The position numbers and the translations under genes are program-made. From contig JBEKHC010000008.1 of assembly GCA_050012475.1 (NCBI GenBank), forward strand, positions 1 through 64,000: a DNA stretch of 64,000 nucleotides, read 5' to 3'. This DNA comes from Candidatus Velthaea sp. (lineage in GTDB: Bacteria; Vulcanimicrobiota; Vulcanimicrobiia; Vulcanimicrobiales; Vulcanimicrobiaceae). Below the pieces are notes generated by a model. It was not told where the DNA came from. It did no database searches and worked only from the letters and a program-made list of their open reading frames with translations. This document shows, one piece after another, positions 36,646-45,153 of the stretch (its first letter is position 1; each line of letters begins with the position of its first letter).

Positions 36646-37407
36646 CTAAATCGTGGGCGAGGGCTGCGGGTAGGGCGGCGGAGCCGACGGCTGGCTATAG
36701 GACGGGGCGCCGCTTTGGACCGGCGCGGGCGGCGGCGGCTGCGGCAGTTGTTGCGGTTGTTGGGGTTGCGGCAGTTGCTGCGGTTGTTGCGGTTGCTGCT
36801 GTACGTCGGTGCCGGCTTGGCGGCGGCCCGTTACGACAGCGGCTTGCGTGGTCTTGAACTGGACCGTCGATCCTTGCGGGAGTGTCACGTTGGTTCCCAG
36901 GCTCGCGCCGTACGCGGCCCCGCCGAGGATGCCGACGGCTCCGCCGACGTCGGTGCCGATGTGCTTGCCGATATAGTTGCCCACGATCTGACCAATCACG
37001 CCGCCGGCGATGGCGCGGGCCGCCGTATTTCCGCCCTGCTGGCCTTGGGTCGAGATCATCTGGCCGCTGACGGACGCCTCGGTGCCGTCGGCGAGCATCA
37101 AGCGGTCGAAGGCCAGCGTCACGGAACCTCTCCGGGAGCCCGACGCATGCTCGACATTGGCGATGTGCCCAATCACTCGTGCTCCGTTCAAGCGTTGATC
37201 GTCAGCCGGATACGGGGGTTGAATGTCCAGAATGAACTGGTCGGTCGGCTGCACCGTTTTGGTGTTGATCGGATGTTCGAGCGTGCCGGTGAGGACCGTC
37301 TGCGACGGCACGATCGGTTGACCGACCGCAACTTGCGCGAGCACGGCGGCTGGAACGGCGGCGGCCACAGCAACCGCGGCGACAGCGGTCGCGAACTTGT
37401 GAAGCAT
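36646..37407 (-). CDS. Secreted glycine-zipper protein with Pro/Gln-rich tail
   Basis: Signal peptide after AGAGGAG; beta-rich core; AGGVIG..GGAVG..GGAAYGA zipper; QPQQPQQLPQPQQPQQLPQPPPP tail. Confidence 0.8.
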   Translation of the reverse strand: MLHKFATAVAAVAVAAAVPAAVLAQVAVGQPIVPSQTVLTGTLEHPINTKTVQPTDQFILDIQPPYPADDQRLNGARVIGHIANVEHASGSRRGSVTLAFDRLMLADGTEASVSGQMISTQGQQGGNTAARAIAGGVIGQIVGNYIGKHIGTDVGGAVGILGGAAYGASLGTNVTLPQGSTVQFKTTQAAVVTGRRQAGTDVQQQPQQPQQLPQPQQPQQLPQPPPPAPVQSGAPSYSQPSAPPPYPQPSPTI

Positions 37408-37561
37408 ACTTCTCCTCTACGGATTTACATTGTGCTGAAAACGCAGCCGTCGGCTGGATCGTTCGCGCTGCACGGGAACTGTGGGCCGGCTGTGAATCAG
37501 CGAACGAACCTCGCTAACTGTTGCGCGGCCGCACCTATCCACCGAACTCCGTCGCGTTTCG

Positions 37562-37590
37562 GCTTCGCGGGTGTACCGAGCGAAGCCGAG
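37562..37590 (-). repeat. Intergenic REP-like hairpin repeat, copy 2
   Basis: Reverse complement CTCGGCTTCGCTCGGTACACCCGCGAAGC matches 1331-1360. Confidence 0.75.
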
Positions 37591-37634
37591 CGCACGCATC
37601 CCCTTGCAATGTATCCGACAAGCCGGACAAACTG

Positions 37635-39410
37635 CTAGGGGGTCGTCGAAGCCGGCCGGCCGGCCCGTGCTGCCATATCGCGCAGGTAGTCGAGGTTCGA
37701 TTTCGCCTGCCATCCGTGCGGCTTCATCGGCCGCCCATACGAGAACACCGCTTTCGCCGCCGGGTTCGCGGTTGCATCCAAGAACGATTGCAAGCGATAG
37801 CACGCGAGATTGAGAAAGTAATCGTCCTCGTCACCGACGTCGACGTGCAGTTTGCCGGCCAGCGACGGTCCGATGCGCGACCAATTCCGTTCCAGATAGT
37901 CGCGCAGATCGAAGTCGTGCTCGCGCATGTAGGCGATCACGTCGTGATCGATGAGGCCGGTGCGCTTGTCCCACATCTCACCGGGATACCCGTCTTGCAG
38001 CACCGGGCCGTAGGCGGCGTCCCACGCATTGAACTGTTCGCCCGAACGTCCGTGGCTGCCCAGCACGAGTTCGAGCCGGCTCTCTTCGCGCACCGTCGCG
38101 ACCGTGTTGCCGTCGCGCGTGCGCTGAGCGGGAATCTCGGACGTACTCCAAGCGCTGCGCTGGGTGGTGAATGCGGACGTGTCGGCGTACATGTCGCCGA
38201 TTTGCAAACGGTGGAAGTCGACGGGATCGGGATACAGCGCCCACGCGCCGTTGAAGGCGTCGGGGTGAAAGATCTGCAGGGCAAGCGCCTCCCAACCGCC
38301 GGTCGACTCGCCGATGAGAAAGCGTGACGCGCCGTTGGCGAGCAGGTGAAACTGGGCCTCGAGATGCGGGATGAGTTCGGTCATGAGCGCATCGCCGTAC
38401 GGACCGTTGTTGGCTGAATTGACGGCATACGAGTCGTCGTAGTAGGGCGTCGGATGCTCGAAGGCGATCGCGACCATCGGCGGTGCGTCGCCGCGCATCC
38501 ACGCCCGGGTGAATTCGTACGCGCTTTCCGCGTTCGTCGTGTCGAGCCGGGCCTCGCGCTCGGCGCGCGTTTCGGCTTGCGCCCCCGGATCGAACCCAAA
38601 CGGCGGATCGAACGAGTAGTGCCCTTGCACGTAGACGGCGGGATAGCGCCGGTCGCGCTGCGCGTCGTAGTCCTTGGGCAGCAGAACGATCGCGCCCAGA
38701 TACATCGGCACGCCCCAGAACTTCGAGAGCAGCGCGCTTTGCAAGCGGACGTGTTTGACGAACGCGGTGTCCGGCGCAGGCGGGAGCGCGGGGAGCGCTC
38801 TGACCAGCCGGAGCGCGAAGCGTTGGGCGCGTGCGGGTTCGATGCGCACGCGAACCGGCAGGCTGACCAGATTGCCGGGTGCGATCGCGAACTTCTGGCC
38901 TTCGCCGCGATCGTTGTGCGCCCAGATCGTGTTGCCGTCGGCGCGCGGGAAGCGCGTGTAGACGTTGGCCAGCGCTTGAATGACGTAATCGCCGGGCGGC
39001 AGATCGCGCGGCGTCGCCAGCGGATACCCCGGCGTCGCCGAATCGAGCACGGCGCTGCGGCCGGCCGGCAGCAACGCCACATCGGCACCGAACAGTGGAA
39101 CGGTGTCGGCGAGGCCGTCGTACTGCAAGCGCGGTTCGGGATCGGCACGGCGCGAAACGAAGACGAAGACGCGCCCGGTGAGCGGCTCGCGCCGCAGCGC
39201 GGGATCGACCGACACCGTAAACTCGGGTCCCCGCTGGCCCGCCGAAACCGGCGCGGCGAGCGTCGCGACGGCGAGCAACGCCAGGCCCAGGTTACGAAAC
39301 GATCGCCTCGAGTGCCGGGCCGATCTCCGGATACTTGAACGCAAACCCACTGGCGAGCGTTGCCTCCGGAAGAACGCGTTGTCCTTCGGTGACGATCGTC
39401 GCGGCTTCAC
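37635..39410 (-). CDS. Secreted putative esterase (alpha/beta hydrolase with N-terminal extra domain)
   Basis: YAVNSANNGPYG, GESTGGW elbow, PDPVDF, VGDEDDYFL, PHGW; true start probably near 39290. Confidence 0.8.
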   Translation of the reverse strand: MKPRRSSPKDNAFFRRQRSPVGLRSSIRRSARHSRRSFRNLGLALLAVATLAAPVSAGQRGPEFTVSVDPALRREPLTGRVFVFVSRRADPEPRLQYDGLADTVPLFGADVALLPAGRSAVLDSATPGYPLATPRDLPPGDYVIQALANVYTRFPRADGNTIWAHNDRGEGQKFAIAPGNLVSLPVRVRIEPARAQRFALRLVRALPALPPAPDTAFVKHVRLQSALLSKFWGVPMYLGAIVLLPKDYDAQRDRRYPAVYVQGHYSFDPPFGFDPGAQAETRAEREARLDTTNAESAYEFTRAWMRGDAPPMVAIAFEHPTPYYDDSYAVNSANNGPYGDALMTELIPHLEAQFHLLANGASRFLIGESTGGWEALALQIFHPDAFNGAWALYPDPVDFHRLQIGDMYADTSAFTTQRSAWSTSEIPAQRTRDGNTVATVREESRLELVLGSHGRSGEQFNAWDAAYGPVLQDGYPGEMWDKRTGLIDHDVIAYMREHDFDLRDYLERNWSRIGPSLAGKLHVDVGDEDDYFLNLACYRLQSFLDATANPAAKAVFSYGRPMKPHGWQAKSNLDYLRDMAARAGRPASTTP

Positions 39411-40134
39411 CCAACATCAGTTCGATGGCAAACGCGGGTGCGGGCAGAAACGCCGGCCGGTGCACCGCCGCGGCCAGTGCGGCGGTAAATGCCCGGTTGC
39501 GCACCGGATTGGGCGCGGTGGCGTTGAGTGCACCATCGAAACCGCCGAGTGCGCGCAGGTAGACGCCGACGATGTCGGCGATGTGAATCCACGAATACCA
39601 CTGTTGGCCGGAGGCCACAACCCCGCCGAGGCCGAGTTTGAAGAGCGGCAGCAATTTTGCCAGCGCACCGCCGTCGGCGCCGAGCACCAGGCCCGTTCGC
39701 ACGACTGCGACCCGTAAGCCGAGCGCACGGGCGCGTTGCGCTTCCGCTTCCCAGCCCACGCAGACCTGGGCTAAGAATCCCTGACCGGGCGGACTGCTTT
39801 CGGTGAACGTCGCGCTCGTGCTCGTGCCGTAATATCCGATCGCGGAGGCCGAGACGTATTGGCCGGGTCGGTCATCGATGCGTTCGAGCGCGTCGATGAA
39901 TGCGCGCGGCAGATCGACGCGCGACCGTTCGATTTCGCGTTTGCGAGCGCCCGTCCAACGGTCGCTCACCGGCGCGCCGGCAAGATTGACGACCGCGGTG
40001 CTGCCGGCACAAGCGGCTGCCGCTGCGGCCGGGTCGCGCAGAGACGCGGTGATGACCTCGTCGCCGCGGCTGCGCAACGCCGCGCTCAAATGACGGCCGA
40101 TAAAACCCGACGCACCAAAAATCGTGACACGCAT
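39292..40134 (-). CDS. TIGR01777 family NAD-dependent epimerase (YfcH-like)
   Basis: GASGFIG, VVNLAG, SASAIGYYG, GQQWYSWIH, GQRVLP. Confidence 0.93.
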   Translation of the reverse strand: MRVTIFGASGFIGRHLSAALRSRGDEVITASLRDPAAAAAACAGSTAVVNLAGAPVSDRWTGARKREIERSRVDLPRAFIDALERIDDRPGQYVSASAIGYYGTSTSATFTESSPPGQGFLAQVCVGWEAEAQRARALGLRVAVVRTGLVLGADGGALAKLLPLFKLGLGGVVASGQQWYSWIHIADIVGVYLRALGGFDGALNATAPNPVRNRAFTAALAAAVHRPAFLPAPAFAIELMLGEAATIVTEGQRVLPEATLASGFAFKYPEIGPALEAIVS

Positions 40135-40180
40135 CGACGGTTAGACTCCGCGCGCCGGTCGGCGGTGGCAGCGCCTGGAT

Positions 40181-40546
40181 TTACGAATCCGCCGCCTTCG
40201 AAAAGGCCGCGATCTCGGCGCCCAAAACCCGCACGGCCTCGCGCAGTTCGGTTAGCAGCGCGACCTTGATCGGGTTGGGCACGTCGGCAGCCGCATCTTC
40301 TATCTGCAGGCTGACCGCGAAGAGCCGCCGATCGCCGATCGTTCCACTTGTCCCTTTGAGCCGATGGGCGCACGCCAGCACGGTCCGCCGGTCATCGATC
40401 GCTGCGGCGCCCGCAATCGCGGCGGCGTCGCTGCGGATCGATACGATCGCCGCGTCGAGCAGGTTCGCGATCTCGGCCGTATCACGGTCGAACAGGTCGA
40501 GCAGCGTCGCCAAATCGAACGCTGAGGCTTTCGGCTCTTCGGGCAT
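40181..40546 (-). CDS. Stand-alone Hpt phosphotransfer protein
   Basis: AHRLKGTSGTIG Hpt motif; similar to the C-terminal Hpt of the upstream kinase. Confidence 0.88.
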   Translation of the reverse strand: MPEEPKASAFDLATLLDLFDRDTAEIANLLDAAIVSIRSDAAAIAGAAAIDDRRTVLACAHRLKGTSGTIGDRRLFAVSLQIEDAAADVPNPIKVALLTELREAVRVLGAEIAAFSKAADS

Positions 40547-40669
40547 CCGTTGCTCCGAGCATTGGGCTCGGCCAGAGTGGAGCGTCACCCTGTACTTATC
40601 GGCAGGCCGCTTGCTTAAAACGCCTCCCAAGCAATTCGAGCGAGCGGCGAATGTAAAGATCGCGGTTGG

Positions 40670-43600
40670 TCAGCCGATGCTCAAGACCGCACGGTGCTTC
40701 TCGGCATCCGAGACCAGCGTTTCGACGGCCCCGCGGATTTCGGTCAGCAGCGCGTCGGAGATCGCCGGGGTGGTCGCCGACGAGGCGAGCTCGGCGGCGA
40801 GGCAGAGCTCGCCGAGCCGGTCCGAGCGGATGCTCGCGCACGTCCCGCGCAGCCGATGGGCGGCTTCGGCAACGTTCGCGAACTCGCCGGCCGCGGTGTG
40901 GGCCTCGATCCGGGCAAGATCGGCCTTGATCGATTCCACCGCCGTCTTGAGCAGCGCGATGACTGCGCTGCGATCGCCGCCGAAGAGTTCGAGCAGCTTG
41001 GACACCCGGATGCTGGCCGCCGGCCGGGTCCGGTTGGCCGCGCTGCGGGTGTTGCGCCGCCGGTCGGGCGCGGGCAGCCAACGCTCGAGGACGACCCGTA
41101 AGCTTTCCAGGCTCGTCGGCTTGGAGACGTAGTCGTCCATGCCCGCATCCAAGCAGTTCTGATGATCGGCGGTACGGGCATCCGCGGTCATCGCGACGAT
41201 CGTGAGGTGGTGCGCACCGCCGGCTTCGAGCCGGCGAATTTCGCGGGTGGCCTCGAAGCCGTCCATGACCGGCATGTGGCAGTCCATGAACACCAGATCG
41301 AAGGGCTCGCGGGTGACGGCTTCGACGGCTTGCTGGCCGTTGGGGACGGCGGTGACCACGAACCCGATGCGCTGCAGTTGTTTGAGCGCCAGCAGCGTGT
41401 TGATCTCGTTGTCCTCGACGAGCAAGATCTTCTCGGGGCGCATCACGACCGGCTTGCCGCGGGCGGCGCCGCGCTTGCGCGAGTCGTGCGCTTTGCGCGA
41501 TTCCTTGACGCCCTGCAGCGAGATCTCGAACCAGAACGCGGAGCCCTCGCCGGGGACGCTGCGCACGCCGATCTCGCCGTTCATGAGCGCGACGAGCTGC
41601 GAGCAGATCGAAAGCCCGAGGCCCGTGCCGCCGTATTTGCGCGTCGTCGACTGGTCGCCCTGAGAGAAGGGCTGAAAGAGCCGTCCCACGGTGGCCGGCG
41701 CGATCCCGATGCCCGTGTCTTCGACGGTGAAGCGGATCGGAATCGCTTCGCCGGCGTTCGCCGCGGGCGCCACGACGTCGATGTTCACGCTTCCACCCGC
41801 GGGCGTGAACTTCAGCGCGTTGCCGGTCAAGTTCAGCAGGATCTGGCGCAGCCGGCCGGGATCGCCCGCGACGATTGCCGGGACGTCCGTGCCGAAGCTC
41901 GTCGTCAAACGGACACCCTTGATCTGATACTGCGCGCGCAGTAATTCGACCACCGATTCGACCTGGCCCGAGAGGTCGAAGTGCACGCTTTCGAGTTCGA
42001 GTTTGCCGGCTTCGATCTTCGAGTAATCCAGGATGTCATCGAGCACGCGCAACAGCGACTGTCCCGAATCGCGGACGATTTCGATGTATTCGCGCTGCTC
42101 TTCGCTCAGCTGCGAAAGCAGCAGCAGTTCGGTCATTCCGATTACCGCGTTCATCGGCGTGCGGATCTCGTGGCTCATCGTTGCCAGGAAGCGTGACTTG
42201 GCTTCGGTGGCAGCCAGCGCGGCGTCGTGCACGTTGACCATCAAGGCTTCGGCGGATTTGCGCTCCTCGATATCGGTCGCCGTGACCAGCCACTTGCCCG
42301 CGTCGCCGGCTGAATCGCGGAACGGCACGCTGCGCACGAGGTGCCAGCGGTATGCACCGTCGCGGCGGCGCAGCCGCACTTCACAATCGTATTCGACCGA
42401 CGGCGTCGCGCGCCGGGCGGTAGCGACGTTTGGCCAATCTTCCGGATCGTAGATCGCCTGCAGCCCGCTGGCCCGGCTCTGCTCGATGGTGAAACCGGTA
42501 TAGTTCGTCCACCGCGCGTTGACGTACTCGAATTGATCGGCGGCGTCGATGACCCACACCATCTCGGGGATCGCTTCGGTGAGCGCGCGGTAGCGGGCTT
42601 CGCTGGTTTGCAGTTTTTCGCGCTGCTGCCCGCGCTCCACCGCGGAAGCGATGAGTTCGCCGGCCACGGCGACGAACTCGATGTTCGGTTCGGAAAACGG
42701 CTGCGGCCGGGCTTCGCGCGACGCAAAGCCGATCGTTCCATAGTTCACGCCGCCGATGAAGAGCGGCGCCGCGATATACGAGCCCCAGCCGCCGTACACG
42801 CGGCTCTCTTCGGTTTCGCAAACCTGCTGGACGATCTGCACGCCTTTGGCGTGCGAAACGCGGCCCACGATCGTCGCGCCGAGCGGCGTTCGCACGCCGG
42901 CTTCGACGACGAAGACGCCCTCGCGGCCGATGCTGTTTTCGATCACGTACTCTTGCGCGCCGTAGTCGATGACGCCCAGGAACGCCCAGTCCAGATCGAG
43001 CTGCTCGAGGCCCAAACGCAACGCGGCGTCGATCTGATCCTTACGATTGCTCGTGGTCGTGCTGGCGATCGCGTGCAGCGCGCGCAGCCGGCCGGCGTAG
43101 GAACGCTGCTCGCGTTCGGCGGCGGCGAGCGCCGCGAAGCGCTGCGCGGCACGCAGCGCGGTGAGCAGATTCGAGGCGGCGAGCTTGAGCGTCTGGATGT
43201 CGTCGTCGCCGAACGCCCCGCTCTGCGCGGAGGCTACTTTGAGCACGATCGTCACCTGATCGGACAGCGCGATCGGCACGACCACCATCGAGGCGACGCC
43301 CATCCGCTGGCAAGCTTCGCGTTCAGCGCGTTCGACGTCGCGGATCGAGTCGTCGCACAAGAGCGGCGCCCGCAAGTCGGCGCTGATTCCCGACAGCGAT
43401 CCGGCGCGCGGGATCCGTGTGCCGGCGTATGGCGCGAGCATCCCGGTCGCCGCTTCGTACACGATTTCGCTATCCGTCAGCGTTTCCATGACGCTGCCGC
43501 CGGCATTGGTCTGCGCTTGAGCGAATGCCAGAATGACGTTGGCAATCGCCGCCCGCGAAGGTAGTGCTGCTGCGACGTCCTCGTGCAATTTGATGAGCGC

Positions 43601-45073
43601 AGCGGCTTGCGAATTGCGTCCGTCGAGATACAAGTCGACGTGCGTGACCTGCTCGGCGCGCTGCCGCTCGCGGGTTTGCACGTGGGCGTTGAGGCGGCGG
43701 CGCAACGTCGAAGCCATCGCGATATCGTCGCTGGTCCACTTGCGCGCGGCGGCCGGATTGCGTCCGCCGATTTTGGCTTCGCCGTCGCGAAACACCAACA
43801 GAAAATCGCGGCCGTCGGGCGCCAGGCGGATGAGCATCGCGTCAGCCGGGGCTTGGGTCGAGGCGACGCCGTCGTGAGCTTGCGCATTGAGCTGTGCGGC
43901 GACGCGCAGCACGAAGGCGTCGTCTTGCGGTGCGCTCCCGCTGCGTCGCAAGATGTTGTCGACGCGCACCGCGACGCCGTCGGCGGCGAACAGATCCAAG
44001 ATGTGCGGCGCTGCTTCGAGCGTCGCGCTGCCGATGTCGTCGGAGACGAGCACCGTGGCCGCGATCTGCGCCTGCAGCGATGCGGTGCGCGAACGTTGGC
44101 GTTCTTTCTCGAGCCGCGAATCGAGCTGCCAGGTCAGGATGTGGCCGATGAGTTCGCAGACCGCGCGTTTGCGGTAGCCGACCCAGCGCGGCCGGCGGTG
44201 ATGACAGGTGATGAGACCCCACAAGCGGCCGCGGACGACGATCGAAATCGAAAGCGTCGCCCGGCTGCCGGTACGCACCAGCGAGTCGAGATATTCGGGT
44301 GCGATTCCGCATAGCGTCGCCGCCGAAAGATCGATCGCCGCGACCGGCCGGCGCGGATGGATCAGCCGCGCCGGCACGTAGTGGGTGTCGGGGATGACGC
44401 GCAGGGTGTGGCGCACATGCACCCGGCGGACCGATTCCGGGATATAATCGGCGGGGAAGCGCTTTCCCAAATAGCTTAGCGGCACGCCGGGGCCGGCCGT
44501 TTCGGCGACGACTTCGGACGTCCAATCGCTCTCGAACCGGTGGATGACGACCCGGTCGAAGCCGCTGATCGTGCGCACGTCGCGCGCCGCGTTGGCGAGC
44601 AGCGCCGGGATGTCGGTCGCGGTCGCGAGCCGCTCGATGGGCGCGTGCGCGTCGGCGAACGTCGGCCCGCTCGGCGCCGCCAGACACGGTTCGAATTCGA
44701 GGATCGAGCGGTCGCCGTCGAGCCGGTGGATGGCGAATTCGACGTGGACGGGTTCACCGTGCCCGGCGAGGTGGAGTTCGTGCGCGTTGGTCGCGGTCGC
44801 CGGCGCTCCGCGCAGCTTGGCCACGAAGTTCTCGGCGCCGGCGGCGTCCAACAGCGCCGAGATCGGCGCTCCGCACAAGTCGAGGGCCGGGACGCCCAGC
44901 AAGGTCTGGGTATTTTCGCTGATCGCCTCGATAGTGAGCGCCGCGTTGCCGATGACGGCCAGAATGCCGTAGGGTTGAATCGTCTCCGGCGCGACGAAGT
45001 CGCCCTCCACGCATGGGGCCGGAATAGACGGGCGAACGGTCTCTTGCATGCTCATAACGGGCGCTGGACGCAT
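40670..45073 (-). CDS. Hybrid sensor kinase: degenerate bacteriophytochrome PAS-GAF-(PHY) + GAF + GAF + PAS + HisKA + HATPase + REC + Hpt
   Basis: IQPYG, GFDRVVIHRF, LWGLITCHH; MSHEIRTPMN; LRQILLNLTGNALKFT; DTGIG; GGTGLGL; MDCHMPVMDG; AHRLRG. Confidence 0.92.
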   Translation of the reverse strand: MRPAPVMSMQETVRPSIPAPCVEGDFVAPETIQPYGILAVIGNAALTIEAISENTQTLLGVPALDLCGAPISALLDAAGAENFVAKLRGAPATATNAHELHLAGHGEPVHVEFAIHRLDGDRSILEFEPCLAAPSGPTFADAHAPIERLATATDIPALLANAARDVRTISGFDRVVIHRFESDWTSEVVAETAGPGVPLSYLGKRFPADYIPESVRRVHVRHTLRVIPDTHYVPARLIHPRRPVAAIDLSAATLCGIAPEYLDSLVRTGSRATLSISIVVRGRLWGLITCHHRRPRWVGYRKRAVCELIGHILTWQLDSRLEKERQRSRTASLQAQIAATVLVSDDIGSATLEAAPHILDLFAADGVAVRVDNILRRSGSAPQDDAFVLRVAAQLNAQAHDGVASTQAPADAMLIRLAPDGRDFLLVFRDGEAKIGGRNPAAARKWTSDDIAMASTLRRRLNAHVQTRERQRAEQVTHVDLYLDGRNSQAAALIKLHEDVAAALPSRAAIANVILAFAQAQTNAGGSVMETLTDSEIVYEAATGMLAPYAGTRIPRAGSLSGISADLRAPLLCDDSIRDVERAEREACQRMGVASMVVVPIALSDQVTIVLKVASAQSGAFGDDDIQTLKLAASNLLTALRAAQRFAALAAAEREQRSYAGRLRALHAIASTTTSNRKDQIDAALRLGLEQLDLDWAFLGVIDYGAQEYVIENSIGREGVFVVEAGVRTPLGATIVGRVSHAKGVQIVQQVCETEESRVYGGWGSYIAAPLFIGGVNYGTIGFASREARPQPFSEPNIEFVAVAGELIASAVERGQQREKLQTSEARYRALTEAIPEMVWVIDAADQFEYVNARWTNYTGFTIEQSRASGLQAIYDPEDWPNVATARRATPSVEYDCEVRLRRRDGAYRWHLVRSVPFRDSAGDAGKWLVTATDIEERKSAEALMVNVHDAALAATEAKSRFLATMSHEIRTPMNAVIGMTELLLLSQLSEEQREYIEIVRDSGQSLLRVLDDILDYSKIEAGKLELESVHFDLSGQVESVVELLRAQYQIKGVRLTTSFGTDVPAIVAGDPGRLRQILLNLTGNALKFTPAGGSVNIDVVAPAANAGEAIPIRFTVEDTGIGIAPATVGRLFQPFSQGDQSTTRKYGGTGLGLSICSQLVALMNGEIGVRSVPGEGSAFWFEISLQGVKESRKAHDSRKRGAARGKPVVMRPEKILLVEDNEINTLLALKQLQRIGFVVTAVPNGQQAVEAVTREPFDLVFMDCHMPVMDGFEATREIRRLEAGGAHHLTIVAMTADARTADHQNCLDAGMDDYVSKPTSLESLRVVLERWLPAPDRRRNTRSAANRTRPAASIRVSKLLELFGGDRSAVIALLKTAVESIKADLARIEAHTAAGEFANVAEAAHRLRGTCASIRSDRLGELCLAAELASSATTPAISDALLTEIRGAVETLVSDAEKHRAVLSIG

Positions 45074-45153
45074 CGTTCGATTATTGCGCTCGTTACCCAG
45101 TCCTCGTCCGTTATGTCTTTACAAATGGGCTGGTGGGCGGTCCAGCCGCTGGC

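Noticed and set aside
36737..36801. Repeat tract as a CRISPR array or mobile repeat
   Set aside because: Codon-level repeat within a Pro/Gln-rich coding tail; no spacers and no cas genes in the window.
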